Part shown: piece by piece, positions 24,169-38,429 of the stretch
Numbering within the stretch: position 1 is the first letter of the stretch
Layout of the letters: each line of letters begins with the position of its first letter
Assembly (NCBI RefSeq): GCF_009914755.1
Contig: NC_060947.1
Length of the DNA stretch: 64,000 bases
Source: the human T2T-CHM13v2.0 reference genome, Homo sapiens
Reading direction: 5' to 3' (one strand)
Position numbers and translations under genes: made by a program
Notes under the pieces: generated by a model
Databases searched by the model: none
Told to the model about the DNA's origin: nothing
The model's input: only the letters and a program-made list of their open reading frames with translations

Positions 24169-25095
24169 CTATGGTAAATCAAGGTTTAACTTATAAAAAA
24201 TAGTCAAACTATCTTCCAAAGTGGATGTGTTATTTTTATTTTGCATTTTGACCAAAAGGGAATGAGAGGTCCTGTTGCCCTACATCCTTGCCAGCAATTG
24301 ATTTGATCAGCTTTATAAATTCTAATTATTTTAATAAGTAAGTAGTGGCATCTCACTATGTTTTAATATCCATTTTCCTAATAATAAATAACGTTGAACA
24401 TCTTTCCATATGCTTATTTGCCATCCATTTATCTCATATATATTCTTTGGTGAGGGGATTGTCCAAATACTTCGCTCAGTTGTTATTGCATTGCCTTTTT
24501 AAAATTATTGAGGCATTCAAATGTTATTTATGCATTCTTTCTAACTCCTCTTTAAATAAATTTGAAATATAATTTACAAATATTGTATCATAGTCTGTGG
24601 TTTGTCCTTTTATTCTTTTTATAGGATTTTTTCATAGAGCAAAAGATGTTAATTTTGATGGAGACCAATTTACGAGATTTCTTTAATGAATTATGTTTTG
24701 GTGTTGTATGGATAAACATTACAGAGCTTTAAATCATGGCGATTTTTTTCTATTTTTGTTATAAAAGGTTTATATTTTAAAATTTTAAATTCGGTCTATG
24801 ATCCATTTTGGTCATTTTTTGTATAAAGTGTGAGGTACGTGTCGAGGTTTATATTTTTGTATATCAAAGTCCAGTTGTTTGGCGTCAAAGTTTATAAGAC
24901 TATTCTTTCTCTGTTGAATTGCTTTTGCATCTTTGTAAAAAAAAATCAGCTGACTATATTTTTGTGGGCCTATTTCTGAGCTCTCTATTCTGATTCATTG
25001 ACCTATGTGTCTAATCTTTTACCAATGCTGCTTTTTTACTATTGTAGCTGTATATTTTTCTGAATTTATATATAGGTACTTCAGGCTTTATATGT

Positions 25096-25128
<33 letters not shown>

Positions 25129-25139
25129 CATACACGTGT

Positions 25140-26007
25140 GTGCGTTTCCATTTGGTCTTGAGGTCTCTCTCTGGAGAATAGCCATAAACTCTAGTCCTTT
25201 CCTGATGAGGCTCAAAGGGTTGTGGTTATGTATGTATTATATAATATGTCTTTCACTGAATTTTTTTTATTCTGATAGACAGTGTAATGCCTAATTGTCT
25301 GATCTGTGACTAGATATCCACCTCAAGAAACTTATGTTTCCTGACAGATGCCCTTTTGGATCTTGTCTTACAGGTGTCCGGTTTATTCCTGCCTAGGAGA
25401 GCCTTGACTGGGAGAAAAGTTAGGTCTGGGTGAATCAATTGATTGAGACACAGAGGAGCCAATGGAACAAAATATACATAAAATGACAAAAGTAGTTTAT
25501 TATTTACAGGCCATGAGAGAAGAAGGGTGCTGACAAAAGCTGGTGGGAAAGTAACAGGGGCAACATGCCCAACTTGGAGTTAGAAGCCAGAATGAGAAGA
25601 ACTTGCGGGCTGAGGTCTTTTTTGGTATCTGGGGCATTATCCAGTGAGGTTTATTGCCAGGAATTCTAATTGATGGGTTTAAAGCAAGCAAGCAGAAATT
25701 CCATAGAGTTACTATGTGAGTGAGAGATAGTTACGGTGGTATATCTGTGCAATATATGGGAAGTTGTCAGGGGTCAGTGGGGTTTGTCAGGTAGGTTGTG
25801 TATAGCTTTCCCAGTGAGAGAGCATCACCAGGAGGCAGTTGTATAAGGCAGATGTCTGGATTAGCAGCATTAAAGAACTAGGGGTGGAGAAGGAGGTAGA
25901 AAACGATACTGCGTGCCGGGTGACTAATCCCTCCTTGTGATAGGAGAAAGTTAAACTTACATTCAAAGGAATATCGATGCAGTATAAAATTATAAGAATT
26001 TATTAAT
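25140..26007 (-). mobile_element. ERVL-class LTR, probably MER54-type
   Basis: Interrupts L1; minus-strand start AATTCTTATAATTTTATACTGCATCG..GTAAGTTTAACTTTCTC recalls MER54; minus-strand AATAAA at ~25497; left boundary obscured by (CA)n at 25096-25141. Confidence 0.55.
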
Positions 26008-27699
26008 TGGTGCTGCTAAAAATGTTATCTCTTAAATATCATGTTCCAGTTGTTTATTGGTGACATGGATGAATAAGATTGATTTTGTATATGTTAACTT
26101 CATCTTACATAAATTTGTTAAACTTCCTTACCAGCTCTGGAAGTGTCTGTGTGATTTGTAAATTCTTCAACATATTCTACCAATAGAATCATTTAGTCTG
26201 CTAATAAAGAAAACTATTTTATACATTGCAGTCTACACATTTGATTGTTTTCTCTATTGTACAACTTAGGATTTCCAGTAAAATGTTAAATAGGAATGGG
26301 AAGCGAGGATATTTTGTCGTGGTGCAGATTTTAAAAGAATGCATCCCATCTGTCATCAAGTATAATGTGAGCCATAATATTTTGAATACAGTCTCTATTG
26401 GGTTAAGGAAGTTCTCTTGTATTCCATGGCTGAGAATTGTTATTATGAGTGGGTACTAAATTTTGTTGAATATTTTCAACATCTATTGATATGATTTTGT
26501 GCTATTTCTTAGTTAATATGATAGATTATGTCAATTGTGTTTTAAATATTGAATGAAGCTTGATTCTAAGGCTAAATCCCACATGGTTATGATGTATTAT
26601 GCATTTTGTATATTGCCAGATTTTCTTTGCTAATATTTTGTTAGGGATTTTTGAATTCAATACCTAATATTTTGTTAGGGATTCTTCATAAGAGATATTA
26701 GTCTATAGTTTTTTGTCGTTGTCGTTCTTGTGTAGTTATCTGGCTTTGATATTAGAAAAATATAAACTGAAAAAATAAATCTGAATGTGTACTTTCTTAT
26801 TCTATTTTGTAGATGACATTATGTAAACTTATGGCATATTATGTAAATTTATTGTTTAAATTTTTCATGAAATTTACCAATAAAAATATTTTGCTATGTT
26901 TTCAAATTTATGAGAATAGGGTTATTAACATTATTCTCTTACTCATTTAATATCAGTAAGATCAGCAGCAATGTTCCCTCTTTAATTCTTGTTTTTGGTA
27001 AAGTGCATTTTTTCTTTGCTTTTTGGTTAGCCTGAAAAGAAGCTTATTAATTTTATCTTTTCAGATAATCAGCTTTTGGTTTTATTAATTCTCTCTGTCG
27101 GTTTTATGATTTCAATTTCATTTACTTCTGTGTTAATTTGTATTTTTATCTTTCTATTTGCATTTGACACAATTTGCTTTTGATTTCCATTTAAATTTGG
27201 GCAAGGTTCTTCAAATTATATATTTATTTTTTCTAATATATACACTTAATGGTATATATTTCTTCCATTGATTTTTGATGTATTGTGTTTTTATTTTCAT
27301 TTAGTCAAAATATATTTTCTAAATTTTTTAGACTTCCTTTTTGACCCGTAGATAATTTACAAATGCATTGTTTACTTATCAAATACTTTCATGTTTTCAA
27401 ATTTATTCAGTTACTAATTTTTTAGTTTAATTTTATTATGGTCAGAAAATGCACATTGGACAATTTTAATTTAAAAAGTTTAGGTTTTTCTTATCAATCA
27501 TGACATGGTCTATCTTGGTGAATATTCCATATACACTTGAGGAAAATATGCATTCTGCTGTTGAAGGGAATATTCTATAAATTAGATCAAATTTGTTAAT
27601 AGTATTTTTATTTTATTTATATACTTACTTATGTTCTACCTACTTGTTTTATCAATTACTGAGAGAGAAGTTTTAAACTCTTCAACTGTAGTCGTAGAG

Positions 27700-30600
27700 T
27701 TTTTTTAATTTTTATATTAAGTTTAGAGGTATATGTGCAGGTTTTATACATAGGTAAATTGCATGACACGAGGGTTTGGTGTACAGATTATTTCATAATC
27801 TGGGTAATGAGCATAATACCTGATAGGCAGATTTTTTAGATATTCATCCTTCTCCCACCCTCCAACTTCAAGTAGGACATGGTCTGTTGTTCTGTTAATT
27901 GCGTCCAAGTGGAAGCTAAATACTGGGTAAGTGATAAGTGAGAACATGTGGTATTTTGTTTTCTGTTTCTGCTTTAGCTCACTTAGAATAATGGCCTCCA
28001 GCTCCATTCATGTTACTGCAAAATACATAAGCTCATTCCATTTATGTTGCTGCAAAATACATAAGCTCATTTTTTTTATGGTTGCATAGTAGTTCATAGT
28101 ATATGTACTACATTTTCTTTATCCTGCCTACTATTGATGGGCATTTAGTTCGAGTCCATGTCTTTGCTATTGTAAATAGCGCTAACAGGAACACATGCAT
28201 GCACGTGCCTGTATAACAGAATGATGTATATTGCTTTGGTTATGTACCCAATAATGAGATTGCTAGGTCAAATGGCAGTTCCTGTTTTAAGTTCTTTGAG
28301 GAATCACCAAATTGCCTTCCACAATAGCTGAACTAATTTACATTCCCACAAGCAGTGTATTAGTGTTCCCTTTTCTCTGCAACCTCACTGACATCTGTTA
28401 CTGTTTGACTTTTCAGTAACAGTCATTCTGACTTGTGTGAGATGGTATCTCATTGTGTTTTTATTTGCATTTCCTTAATGGTTAACAATATTGAGTATTT
28501 TTTTTCTTGTGCTTATTGGCTACATGTATGTCTGTTCATGTCCTTTGTCCACTATTTAATGGAGTTCTATGGTTTTCCTTGTTAATTTGTTTAAGTTTCT
28601 TATAGATTATGAATATTAGATCATTGTTGAATGCATAGTTTGCAAATATTTTCTTCCATTCTTTAGGTTGTTTACTCTATTGATAGTTTCTTTTGCTGTG
28701 CAGAAGCTATTTAGTATAATTAGGTCCCACTTGTCAATTTTTGTTTTTGTTGCTGTTGTTTATGGCACTGCCTTTATAAAATCTTTGCCAGATTATGTTT
28801 TGAATGGTATTTCCTAGGTTACCTTCCAGGGTTTTAATAGTTTTAGGTCTTATATTAAAGTCTTTAATCTATCTTGAGTTGATTTCTGTATATGGTGTAA
28901 GAAAGGAATCCAGTGTAAATCTTCTGCATATTGCTATCCAGTTATCTCAGCACCATTCATTGAACAGGCAATCTTTTCCTCGTTGACTGCTTGTGTCAAC
29001 GTTGTCAAAGATTGATGGTTGTAGGTGTGCAGCTTTATTTCTGGCCTCTCTATTCTGCTCTATTGGCCTATGTGTCTGTTTTTGTACCAGTGCCATGCTA
29101 TATTGGTTAATGCAGCCTTGTACTACAAATTGGAATTTTGATGATGTTATGCCTCCGGCTTTGTTCTTTATGCTTAGAATTACCTTGGCTATTTAGGCTT
29201 TTTTTGGTTCCATGTGAATTTTTAAATAGCTCTTTTTTCTAATTTTGCAAAGAATATCAGAGTTAGTTTAATAGGAAGAGCATTAAATCTGTAAATTACT
29301 TTCAGTAGTATGTCCATTTTAACAATATTATTTCTATCCATGAACATGGTAAGTTTATTTATTCGTTTGTATCATCTCTGATTTCCTTAAGAAGTGTTTT
29401 GTAATTCTCATTGTAGAGATTTTACACCTCCCTAGTTAGCTGTATTTCTAGGTATTTTACGCTATTTATCGCTATTGTGAATGGGATGGCTTTCATGATT
29501 TGGCTCTCAGCTTGGACATTATTGGTATATAAAATATCACTGATTTTTATACATTAATTTTGTATCCTGAAACTTTGCTGAAGTTGTTTAACAGATCTAG
29601 GAGCTTTTGGTCAGAAACTATAAGATTTTCTAAGTAAGGAATCATATCACCTGCATATTGAGATAGTTTTACTTTCTCTCTTTCTATTTGGGTGCCTTTT
29701 ATTTCTTTCTCTTGCCTGATTGTCCCATCTGGAACTTCTAGTACTGTGTTTAATAAGAGTGGTGAGAGTAGGCATCCTTGTCTTGTTTCAGTTCTCAAGG
29801 GGAATGCTTCCAGCTTATGCCCATTCAGCATGTTGTTAGCTGTGAGTTTGTCATAGACTTATCATTATTTTGAGGTATGTTTCTTTGATACCTAGATTTT
29901 GAGGGTTTTTAACATGAAGGATGTTGAATTATAATAAAGATTTTTTCTTCATCTATTGATATTAGCATCTATTTTTTACTTTTAAGTTCTATTTATGTAA
30001 TAAATCACACTTATTGATTTTCATGTGTTGAAGCAACCTTGCATTCCAGGAATAAAGCCTACCTGGTTTAGGTGGATTAGCTTTCTGATGTACTGCTGGA
30101 TTTAATTTCTTAGTATATTCTTGAAGATTTTTGCATCTCTGTTTATCAAGGATATTGGCCTAATGTGTTGTTTTGTTTTGTTTTGGCTTTACAACTTTGT
30201 GGTATCACAATTATGTTAACCTTTTAAAATGAGTTGCAGAACAGTCCCTCCTTCTCAATCTTTGGAGTAGTTTTAGTAAGAATGGTATCAGCTCTTCTTT
30301 ATGTATCTGGTAGAATTCACCTGTGATAGCTTCTGGTCCTTGGCTTTTCCTTGTTGGTAGGCTTTTTATTACTGATTCAGTTTCAGAACTTATTATTTGC
30401 CTGTTTAGGGATTCAATTCATTAATTTCAATCTTGAGATGTTTTATGTTTCCAGGAATGTATCCACTTCTTGTAGGTTTTCTACTCTCTGCACATTGAGG
30501 TGTTTGCATTATTCTCTGAGGGTTTTTTTTTTCTGTATCTTAGTGGGGTCAGAGCAAATGTCCCCTTGTTATTTCTGATTGTGTTTATTTGGATCCTCTC

Positions 30601-33075
30601 ACTTTTTTTCTTTATTAGTCTAGTTAATAGTCTATTAACCTTATTTATACTTTCAAAGAACCAAGTCCAGGATTCATTGATCTTTTATACATTTTTTCTT
30701 TGCATCTCTATTTCATGTAGCTCAGCTCTGATTTTGATTATTTCTTGTCTTATGCTAGCTTTAGAATTTGTTTTATTTTGTTCTTCTGGTTCCTCTAAGT
30801 GTGATGGTAGGTTGCTCATTTGAGATCTTTCTAACTTACTATTCGATGTGGGCATTTAACACTGTAAGCTTTTCTCTTAACACTGAATTATCTGTGTTCC
30901 AGAGATCTTGGTATGTTGTATATTTGTTCTATTAATTTTAAATGTTTTTTATTTCTGCCTTAATTTTATTGTTTATTCAAAGGTCCTTAAGGTGCAGGTG
31001 TTTAACTTTCATTTAATTGTATGCTTTTTAGCCAACTTCTTAGTATTGATCACTATTTTTATTGGACTGTAGTCCAAGAGTGTGGTTGTTATTATTATTT
31101 TTTTAATTTGCTGAGAATTGCTTATGGCAATTTTGGAGTATGTGCCATATGCATAAGATAATAGTGTATATTCCATTGTTTCTGTGTGGAGGGTTCTGTA
31201 GACATCTGTTAGGCCCGCTTGTTTAAGGTTCTGAATATCTGTTAGTTTTCTGTCTAGATGATCCATCTAATATTGTCAGTGGGGTGTAAATTCTCCCACT
31301 ATTATTGTATGGTTATCTAAGTTCCTTGTATGTCCCTACAACTTGTTTTATAAATCTAGGTGCTCCTGTGTTAGGTGCACATATATTTGGAATAGTTATG
31401 TCTATCTCTTTATTTTGAGTCTATGAATGCCATTACGTGTGAAATGCATCTTTTGAAGACAGCATTCGATTACATCTTGTTTCTTCATCCAAGTTGCCAG
31501 TCTGTGCCTTTTAATTGGAAAATTTAACCTATTTACATTCAAGGTTTATATTGATTTGTGTGGATTTAATCTTGTCATCATGTTGTGAACTGGTTATTAC
31601 ATAGACATGAATGTCTAGTTGCTTTAGAATGTCAATTGTCTATGGACTTAAGTGTGATTTTGTGGTGGAATGTAATGGTCTTACCTTCCCATGCTTAGGA
31701 CTTTCTTTAGGGTTCTTTGTAAGGCAAATCTAGTGGTTAGAAATTACTTTGTCACTTTCTTCGCTGAAAATGATCTTTGTTCCCCTTCACACAGGAAGCA
31801 TAGTCTGGCTGGATATAAAAATTTTGGCTGAAATTTGTTTTCTTTATGAATGCTGAATATAGGTCCCTAATTTATTTTTGCTTGTAGGGCTTCTAATGAA
31901 AAATGTACTGTTAGCATGATGGGATTCCCTTTGAAAATGACCAGCTTCTTCTCTCTATCTGCCTTTAATCTTTTCTTTTTCATTTCAGACTTGGAGAATC
32001 TGATGACTATGTGTCCTGGGGACGGCTATCTTGTGCAGTACCTTTCAGGGGTTCTCTTTACTTCCTGAATTTAAATATTGGCCTCTCTAGTGAGGTTGGA
32101 GAAATTTTCATGGACGATAGCCTCATATATGATTTTTTATGTTGCTTTATTTCTCTTTCTCTCTTTAAGGGATACCAATGAATAACAGATTTTGCCTCTT
32201 TCCATAATCTCATATTTCTCAGATATTTTGTTTATTCTATCATTTTTTCTTCATCTTTGTCTGACTGAGTTAATTTGGAGAACTAGACTTCAAGCTCTGA
32301 GATTCTTTCTTCAGCTTGGTCTATTCTGCTATTAATAGTTGCTATTGTATTATAAAATTCTTAAAGTAAGTTTTTCAGCTCTACCAGCTCAGTTTGGTTC
32401 TTTCTTAAGAGTCATTTCATCTTTCAGCTACTATATTATTTTATTGTATTTTTCTGGTTTCTTCAGTTGGGTTACAACTTTCTCCTGAATCTCAATTATC
32501 TTCATTCTAATATATATATGAATTTCTATGTCTGCTACTTCAGCCTGGTTTAGAACCATTTCTGGGGAACTAGTGTGGTAATTTGGATATAAGAAGATAC
32601 TCTGGCTTTTTGAGTTGCCAGAGTGTTTGTGCTGGTTCTTTCTTATCTGTGTTGGCATTTGTTTCTTCAATTTTGAAGTTGTTGTCCTTTGGATTTTTTT
32701 TTTTTTTTTTTTTTTTGCTTATATTTTCTTTGATGGCCTTAGAGGTTTGATTGTGGTACAATGTGGGTTCAGTCAACTGACATTTTTTCTTGAAGATTTT
32801 AAGGTGCCAAAGCTCAGGTCAGTACTCACGGGCTACATGTTCTAACACTGGGGGGCCATTATCAGGCCCCCGACTTTTTTATTCTCCTCTTGAGATTATA
32901 AACCTGTTGTGCTAGAGAAGCTGAAATGTCCCCAGTCCACTGGCCACAACACTCTGATGGGTGATTCCAGCCAAGCCACTTCATCAGGGCAGTGACAGCG
33001 GGATCCATTCTCCCTTGCACATGCCAGTAGCCGTGGCAGTGAGGTGAGGTGTACGCACATTAGTTAATGCAGGTC
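27700..33075 (-). mobile_element. L1PA15/16-L1PB-like element, truncated within the 5'UTR, nested in older L1M
   Basis: 3'UTR and T-tract at 27700; peptides [57 protein letters not shown]1 N-terminus; degenerate TSD CTGTAGTCGTAGAG (27686-27699) / CTGTAATTGTAGAT (33076-33089). Confidence 0.92.
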
Positions 33076-33409
33076 CTGTAATTGTAGATTTTATTTTTTG
33101 TATTTTCATATGTATTTTTTTTCTCTTCTGGTGTCAAAGCTTATTTGTTTTAAGAGCCATACACATTTTTAGAATTAAGTTATTTTAGAGGATTGACCCT
33201 CTTACTATTGAATGTTTCACTTTATACACATATTCTTTCTTGTTCTGAGGTCTGTGTATCTGTGATTAATGTATATATTTCAGATTTCTTTCATTTTGTT
33301 TGTAGCCTTTGCCATTTGTTGAATATTTACATACCTATGTCTTCCTATTTGTAGCAAATTTATTATAGACAGCCTATAGTTTGTTTCTGCATTTGTATGT
33401 AATATAATT

Positions 33410-33851
33410 GCTCTGGCTAGGTCTTCTGGTGCTACAGTGAATAGAAGTGGTGAGAGTGGGCATTCTTGCCTTTATTCATGTGTTATAGAAAAAGCTTTTT
33501 TAAATTATTGGGTATGAATATTTGCTGTGAGTGTTTTATATATGGTCTTTATTTGTTGATGTAAATTCCTTATATGCTTAATTTCCTAAAAGTTTATAAG
33601 CTGAATAAGTGTTGAATTTTGTCAAATGTATTTTTTAACATCTAATGAGATAAGCATATGAACTTTATTCTTTATTCTGCTCTTGTGGTGTCTCACATGA
33701 TTGATTTGCCTATGTTGAGCTATACTTCCATCCCAGGCATAAATCATACTTTATCATGGTGTGCAATTCTTTTGATGTACCATTGAATCTGATAGTTTAA
33801 TATTCTGTTGAGAGCTTTTTCAGCTATTTTCATCAGGAATATTGACCTGTA

Positions 33852-33894
<43 letters not shown>

Positions 33895-33972
33895 TTTAGT
33901 ATTAGGTGATATTGGCCTTGTTACATGTATTTGGAAGAATTTTTTTTCGAGAGAGTTGAATAATAATTGACG
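33410..33972 (-). mobile_element. L1M ORF2 (RT region), left half of the host that resumes at ~59235
   Basis: aatagaagtggtgagagtgggcattcttg, catcccaggcataaatc, ttcatcaggaatattgacctgta are antisense RT motifs. Confidence 0.85.
33853..33893. repeat. (TG)20 microsatellite
   Basis: Directly visible, uninterrupted. Confidence 0.97.
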
Positions 33973-36160
33973 TTGAGAGGGATGTCATCAAGATGGTAAA
34001 ATAAGAGGCTTCTGATATTTTTTGCCCCCATGGATGCACCAAATAAACATTTACATGTGGATTAATTACCTCTGAGAAAAAGCCAGAAACTAATTCACTG
34101 TTACACACCAGGCAAATTAGAAAATATCCATATTGAAACATATATGAAAATCTGAGACACATTCTTGCCACAAACCCCACCCTGGATATAATGCCTTGCT
34201 ATTGTTAAAAAAAAATCTCCAATTCCCAGCTTCCTTTTTTCCTTAGAAATAAAGAGTTCAGTGCACATATTTACAGTGCCACAACTTTTACAGTTTCTAT
34301 CAGACCATTTGGATCCTTCATCACTTAGCTCTGGGAGCAAAAGAGTCTTGGCATTTACAAGTCTCCATAGACCTAGAGAATAATGTGATTTTAAATGGAC
34401 ACACTAGCAATGCCAGAGGCTATTCCTTAGGGTAAAGCACAGAAAAAAATAGGCAAAGAATTTCACCTCCCAGTTTTGTTTTGTTTTTTCCTAGAAGGGG
34501 TTTGTCTGCACCCTTTCCATGTGTTAGGGAATAGTCAGGTTTCTAACTAGCCTTTATCTGGTAGCAGACAGAGGAGGTAAACAATAGTCTTCTGGGAGTC
34601 TTTAAAAAGGCATATGGGCACTTCTCATGCCTTCTCCTCCAACTCTCTTTGGTGATTAAAAACAAGTCTGCAGATTCTTCTTAGAAAGAATGTAGCATGC
34701 GTTATGACTCGAAGTTTTATAACTCTCACCTGAAGAACTGCTTCCTTTATCGCCTACTTCTGAGAGTTGAAAGGGATCTTCATTTATGAGTCTTTCTAGA
34801 CTACAGAGCACAAAAAGATAGCAGCTATACCCTAGGCTCAATGCTAAGCAAACAGACAAAAATTATCCATTTCCAATTTCAACCTGAAAGGGGTTGACTG
34901 CACACCAAACACCGAAATTTTTTCAGCTGCTGTCTATTGGTCAGGCCACTAATTATCCTACATCTGGGAGCTAAGGGAGTAGTCAAGCAAAAGTCCTCGG
35001 TGACCTTGAATTGGCATGTGGGCATCTCCCACAATACCTCCTGCCACTTCATGCCAGAGATAGCCAAGGCTCCAGTTAACTCTCTTGTCTCAGAGATCAG
35101 ACAGAGAAGGCATATTCCAGGCCCTTGGGAACAATAAAGAGCAAAGCAACATGTTGAAAGCGTGTGACATCTGAGTGTAAGTGCAGGAATTTACCACAGA
35201 TTAACTTACTGACATCGTACAGAGAAAAGAGAAGATGAATTCAAGCTTCCAGCTTCTAACTGAGGAGACGAAAAAATGGAACACATATCTAACACCCCAA
35301 AATTTCTACCTGCATCTCAAGTGAATGGTTAATGTCTCACCTGTCTTAAGGCATTGATAAAGCATAGCACATCTTAATTTCCTGGGGTACACTAAGAATA
35401 AAGACACAGATCTGGAAAAGCTCAATGGTTTAAAAGCCACCTAGAATATATAGCCAAAATAATTGGTGAGATTTATATCTTACATAAGCCAATCTGAAAA
35501 GATGGGGAGAGGCAGTCATCTTATCTGAAGCACAGAAACCAACATGGAGAGCCAAGAGAAATAAAACAAAAACAGTGAAGGATGTTCCAATATCCAAAAC
35601 TGATGCTACTTAAATGGAGAGATATGATTTAGCTGACAGAGAATTCAAAAGAATAGTCTTAAAGGTGCAAACGGAGGTTGGGAGAGAAATATATGAACAA
35701 AATGAGAATTTCAGAAAAGGTAGAAAACATGAAAAAGTACCAAATTATAATCAAAGTTCTAAATAATACAATAACTGAACTTAAAAATTCAATAGAGAGT
35801 GCAAAGTGAAGTGTCAGAGCCCCAGCAGTGGAGAGTGGTTGGCTCGCAGGTAGTAAAAAGAATTTACCAACAATGGTATAAGTTTGAAAAAGAAAGGTTT
35901 ATTAGATATAAATAATGCTGCAGCTGCATGCAGTGGGGTGCTTCAGCAAGAGAGGACTGAGCGCACCATAGTGGATTTTTCTTAGGGGTATTTATGGACG
36001 CTAAAGCAGTAATTTAACGGCAATTTAAAATGTTCGTTACGTGGGTTATGGCAAATGACGTTGTTTGCAGACATTTTTGTGCCTTGATAATAGCAAGGGT
36101 TGCACAATGAGTTTCAAAATGCCTGCATTTCAGAGATGTATAGAAATTCTAGTAACTTAT

Positions 36161-36459
<299 letters not shown>

Positions 36460-36899
36460 CTAGTGACTTATAAATTTTGGGAAAAAAAATCTGGTACTGG
36501 ATGTAGGTTTTAGATAATAGGAAAGTATAATTACTTCTGAACTCCTCAGATAAGGAGTTCTGCCCCTGGATGGTTGTCTTGATGGCCACCAAGTGATCTC
36601 TGCTCTCTGCATATTCCTCCTGACAAATATGTTCATCAAGTTTTTGACCCTTTGTATTTTCCCATGCTCATATGTACCTGCTGCCTAGTAGGGTCTCAAG
36701 AAAGGGAAAATGGCATAGCGAAAAGGAGTGTTGAGACTGTCTGGTTACTTCCTGCTGAAAAGGGTGCATTGGGAGGATAAGATGCATTTTGTTATTGTTG
36801 TTTCTTGCTATCTGTCACGAAGAGAATGAAGGGTCATGAAAATCTTGTTCACAGGAGGTGGTGGGGAAGACCAGATTCCATCAGGAGGCCCCATGTAAA

Positions 36900-38220
36900 T
36901 GAAAATTGCTGTTCCTGGCTGGTGTTGGGATTGCATAAACATCTGTAGTTGGAATTGTTGTAATCTAGGTAATATAAACTTAATGAGCATTAAAAAGGCA
37001 GGGACCAAATATTAAAAGAATGATGAGAAATAAAGGCGCAAGGAATGGGAGAAGCCAAGTGATTTTTTGAAACCAATCAGTAAAGGTTTTGGCCTAGTTT
37101 TACTTACTTCAGAAAGTGTGTGTAGTCATTTGGCTTATTTGAAAATTTCTTGGCCGTTAGTTTTCACTTCTCCAGACACATTAATGTTGGTACAACAGGC
37201 TTTATTGATGACAGATCAGACTTCTTGTTCACCTAGGAGGTAATCTAGAGGTCATCTATTATTAAAAACCATTCCTGTTAGTAAGTCTAAAGACTTTTCC
37301 AGTGCCTATAGACTTAAGGCAGTTTTTGCTAAGGACACTTCAAGAAAGGTGGTAAGTTCTTGTAGTGTGATTTTATGGTACTTAAAACCTCCCCAGTGGG
37401 TGAGACTTGAGATAGTTCCCTTGACCCTAGCCACAATAAATTCTAGGGCCCTTATTCTTCTAGAATAGTATTCTAGATCAGAAGTTATGTTCAAGACAGT
37501 GACTTGGGCGGAAGCTACTGTACCCAGAGTAAAATCACCATAATGAAGGGAATTATCAAGTTGGGATAGGACCAAACATTGAAGAGGGTTTCAATAATTA
37601 TTAGCAGTTATTCAAAGCCATGAGACCCAAGGAGGGTGGGAAACATAATGTGATTGATTTAATTAAAATGTTGGGGAAAAGGGAAACAGGTTTTGACAGT
37701 TTTTGAGAGGTCTTACGTGAGAGAAAAATTTATGTTTATGTTCCGATGGGGGAGGTTTAAAACCAGGGAGGTCTTTGTGCAATAGAAAGGATATAGAATA
37801 AGTGGTGAAATGGTTATTTCCCACATTGTTTATATAATTATGGTAACATACATGAATGATATTAGGAGTTCAAGGGATGGTAAATATTGGAAGCCCTACT
37901 ATGTTGGTCCAGTTTAAAGACTTAAATTGACAGTGATAAGATAAATTCAGAGTTTTGGTTATCAGAGGCTAAGGCCTTAAATGGATTAACATTACCCACA
38001 TGAGTATCATTATAACAGGGTATACATCCAAGAGTAACATTACAAATATAAAAAGTTCCATTGATTTTAGAAGTATGAACAAACAGTAGGGGAAGTCATA
38101 TGATAGTACAAATATTGAAGTATTTCCCATTTTACCAGTATGGAAAGAAATGTTCAGGATGGGAAGCTGTGATAAGAATTGTTCAACCACAATTAAATTT
38201 ACCCAAAGCTTATTCATAGA
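36900..38220 (-). pseudogene. env: Decayed gamma-type retroviral env (EnvV-like TM)
   Basis: Manual minus-strand translation: furin site RRIR|ALEFIVA, WGGFKYHKITL, ISD VFNNR*PLDYLLGEQ, CX6CC relic *SVINKACC, anchor WLLPFLAPLFLIILLIFGPCL, tail LIKFILPRLQQF; multiple stops; 5' boundary approximate. Confidence 0.88.
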
Positions 38221-38429
38221 GTGGAAAAAGATAGGGACCTGGATGGCCTTAAGGCCCCATTAGTCATCTAGAAGATGATATTTAGAGGCTTGATTATAAT
38301 CTAGGAATAGAGTTAGAAGTTCTTGCCCTTGCCCTTGTCTTTGTTCTGTAGGACCCCATTGTCAGGTAGGTTTTTAGATTTTGACTGTCACAACCTAAAA
38401 TGAAGAGGTCCCCCCCCCACATGGGAGGG

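Larger units (their letters stand above)
20480..27699 (-). mobile_element. Old L1MC/MD-type element (long 3'UTR then ORF2), host to several insertions; resumes at ~33076
   Basis: 3'UTR motifs (attaactaaactccagact, ttccaggattcaatccaggatatcacattg) then ORF2 antisense motifs (catccttgccagca, ctctctattctgattcattgacc); collinear across the inserts. Confidence 0.75.

Noticed and set aside
26630-26683. 20-bp direct repeat CTAATATTTTGTTAGGGATT spaced 34 bp
   Set aside because: Small local duplication in decayed L1; common mutation class
28003-28070. 34-bp tandem duplication with two mismatches
   Set aside because: Old small duplication in L1 ORF2 end; unremarkable
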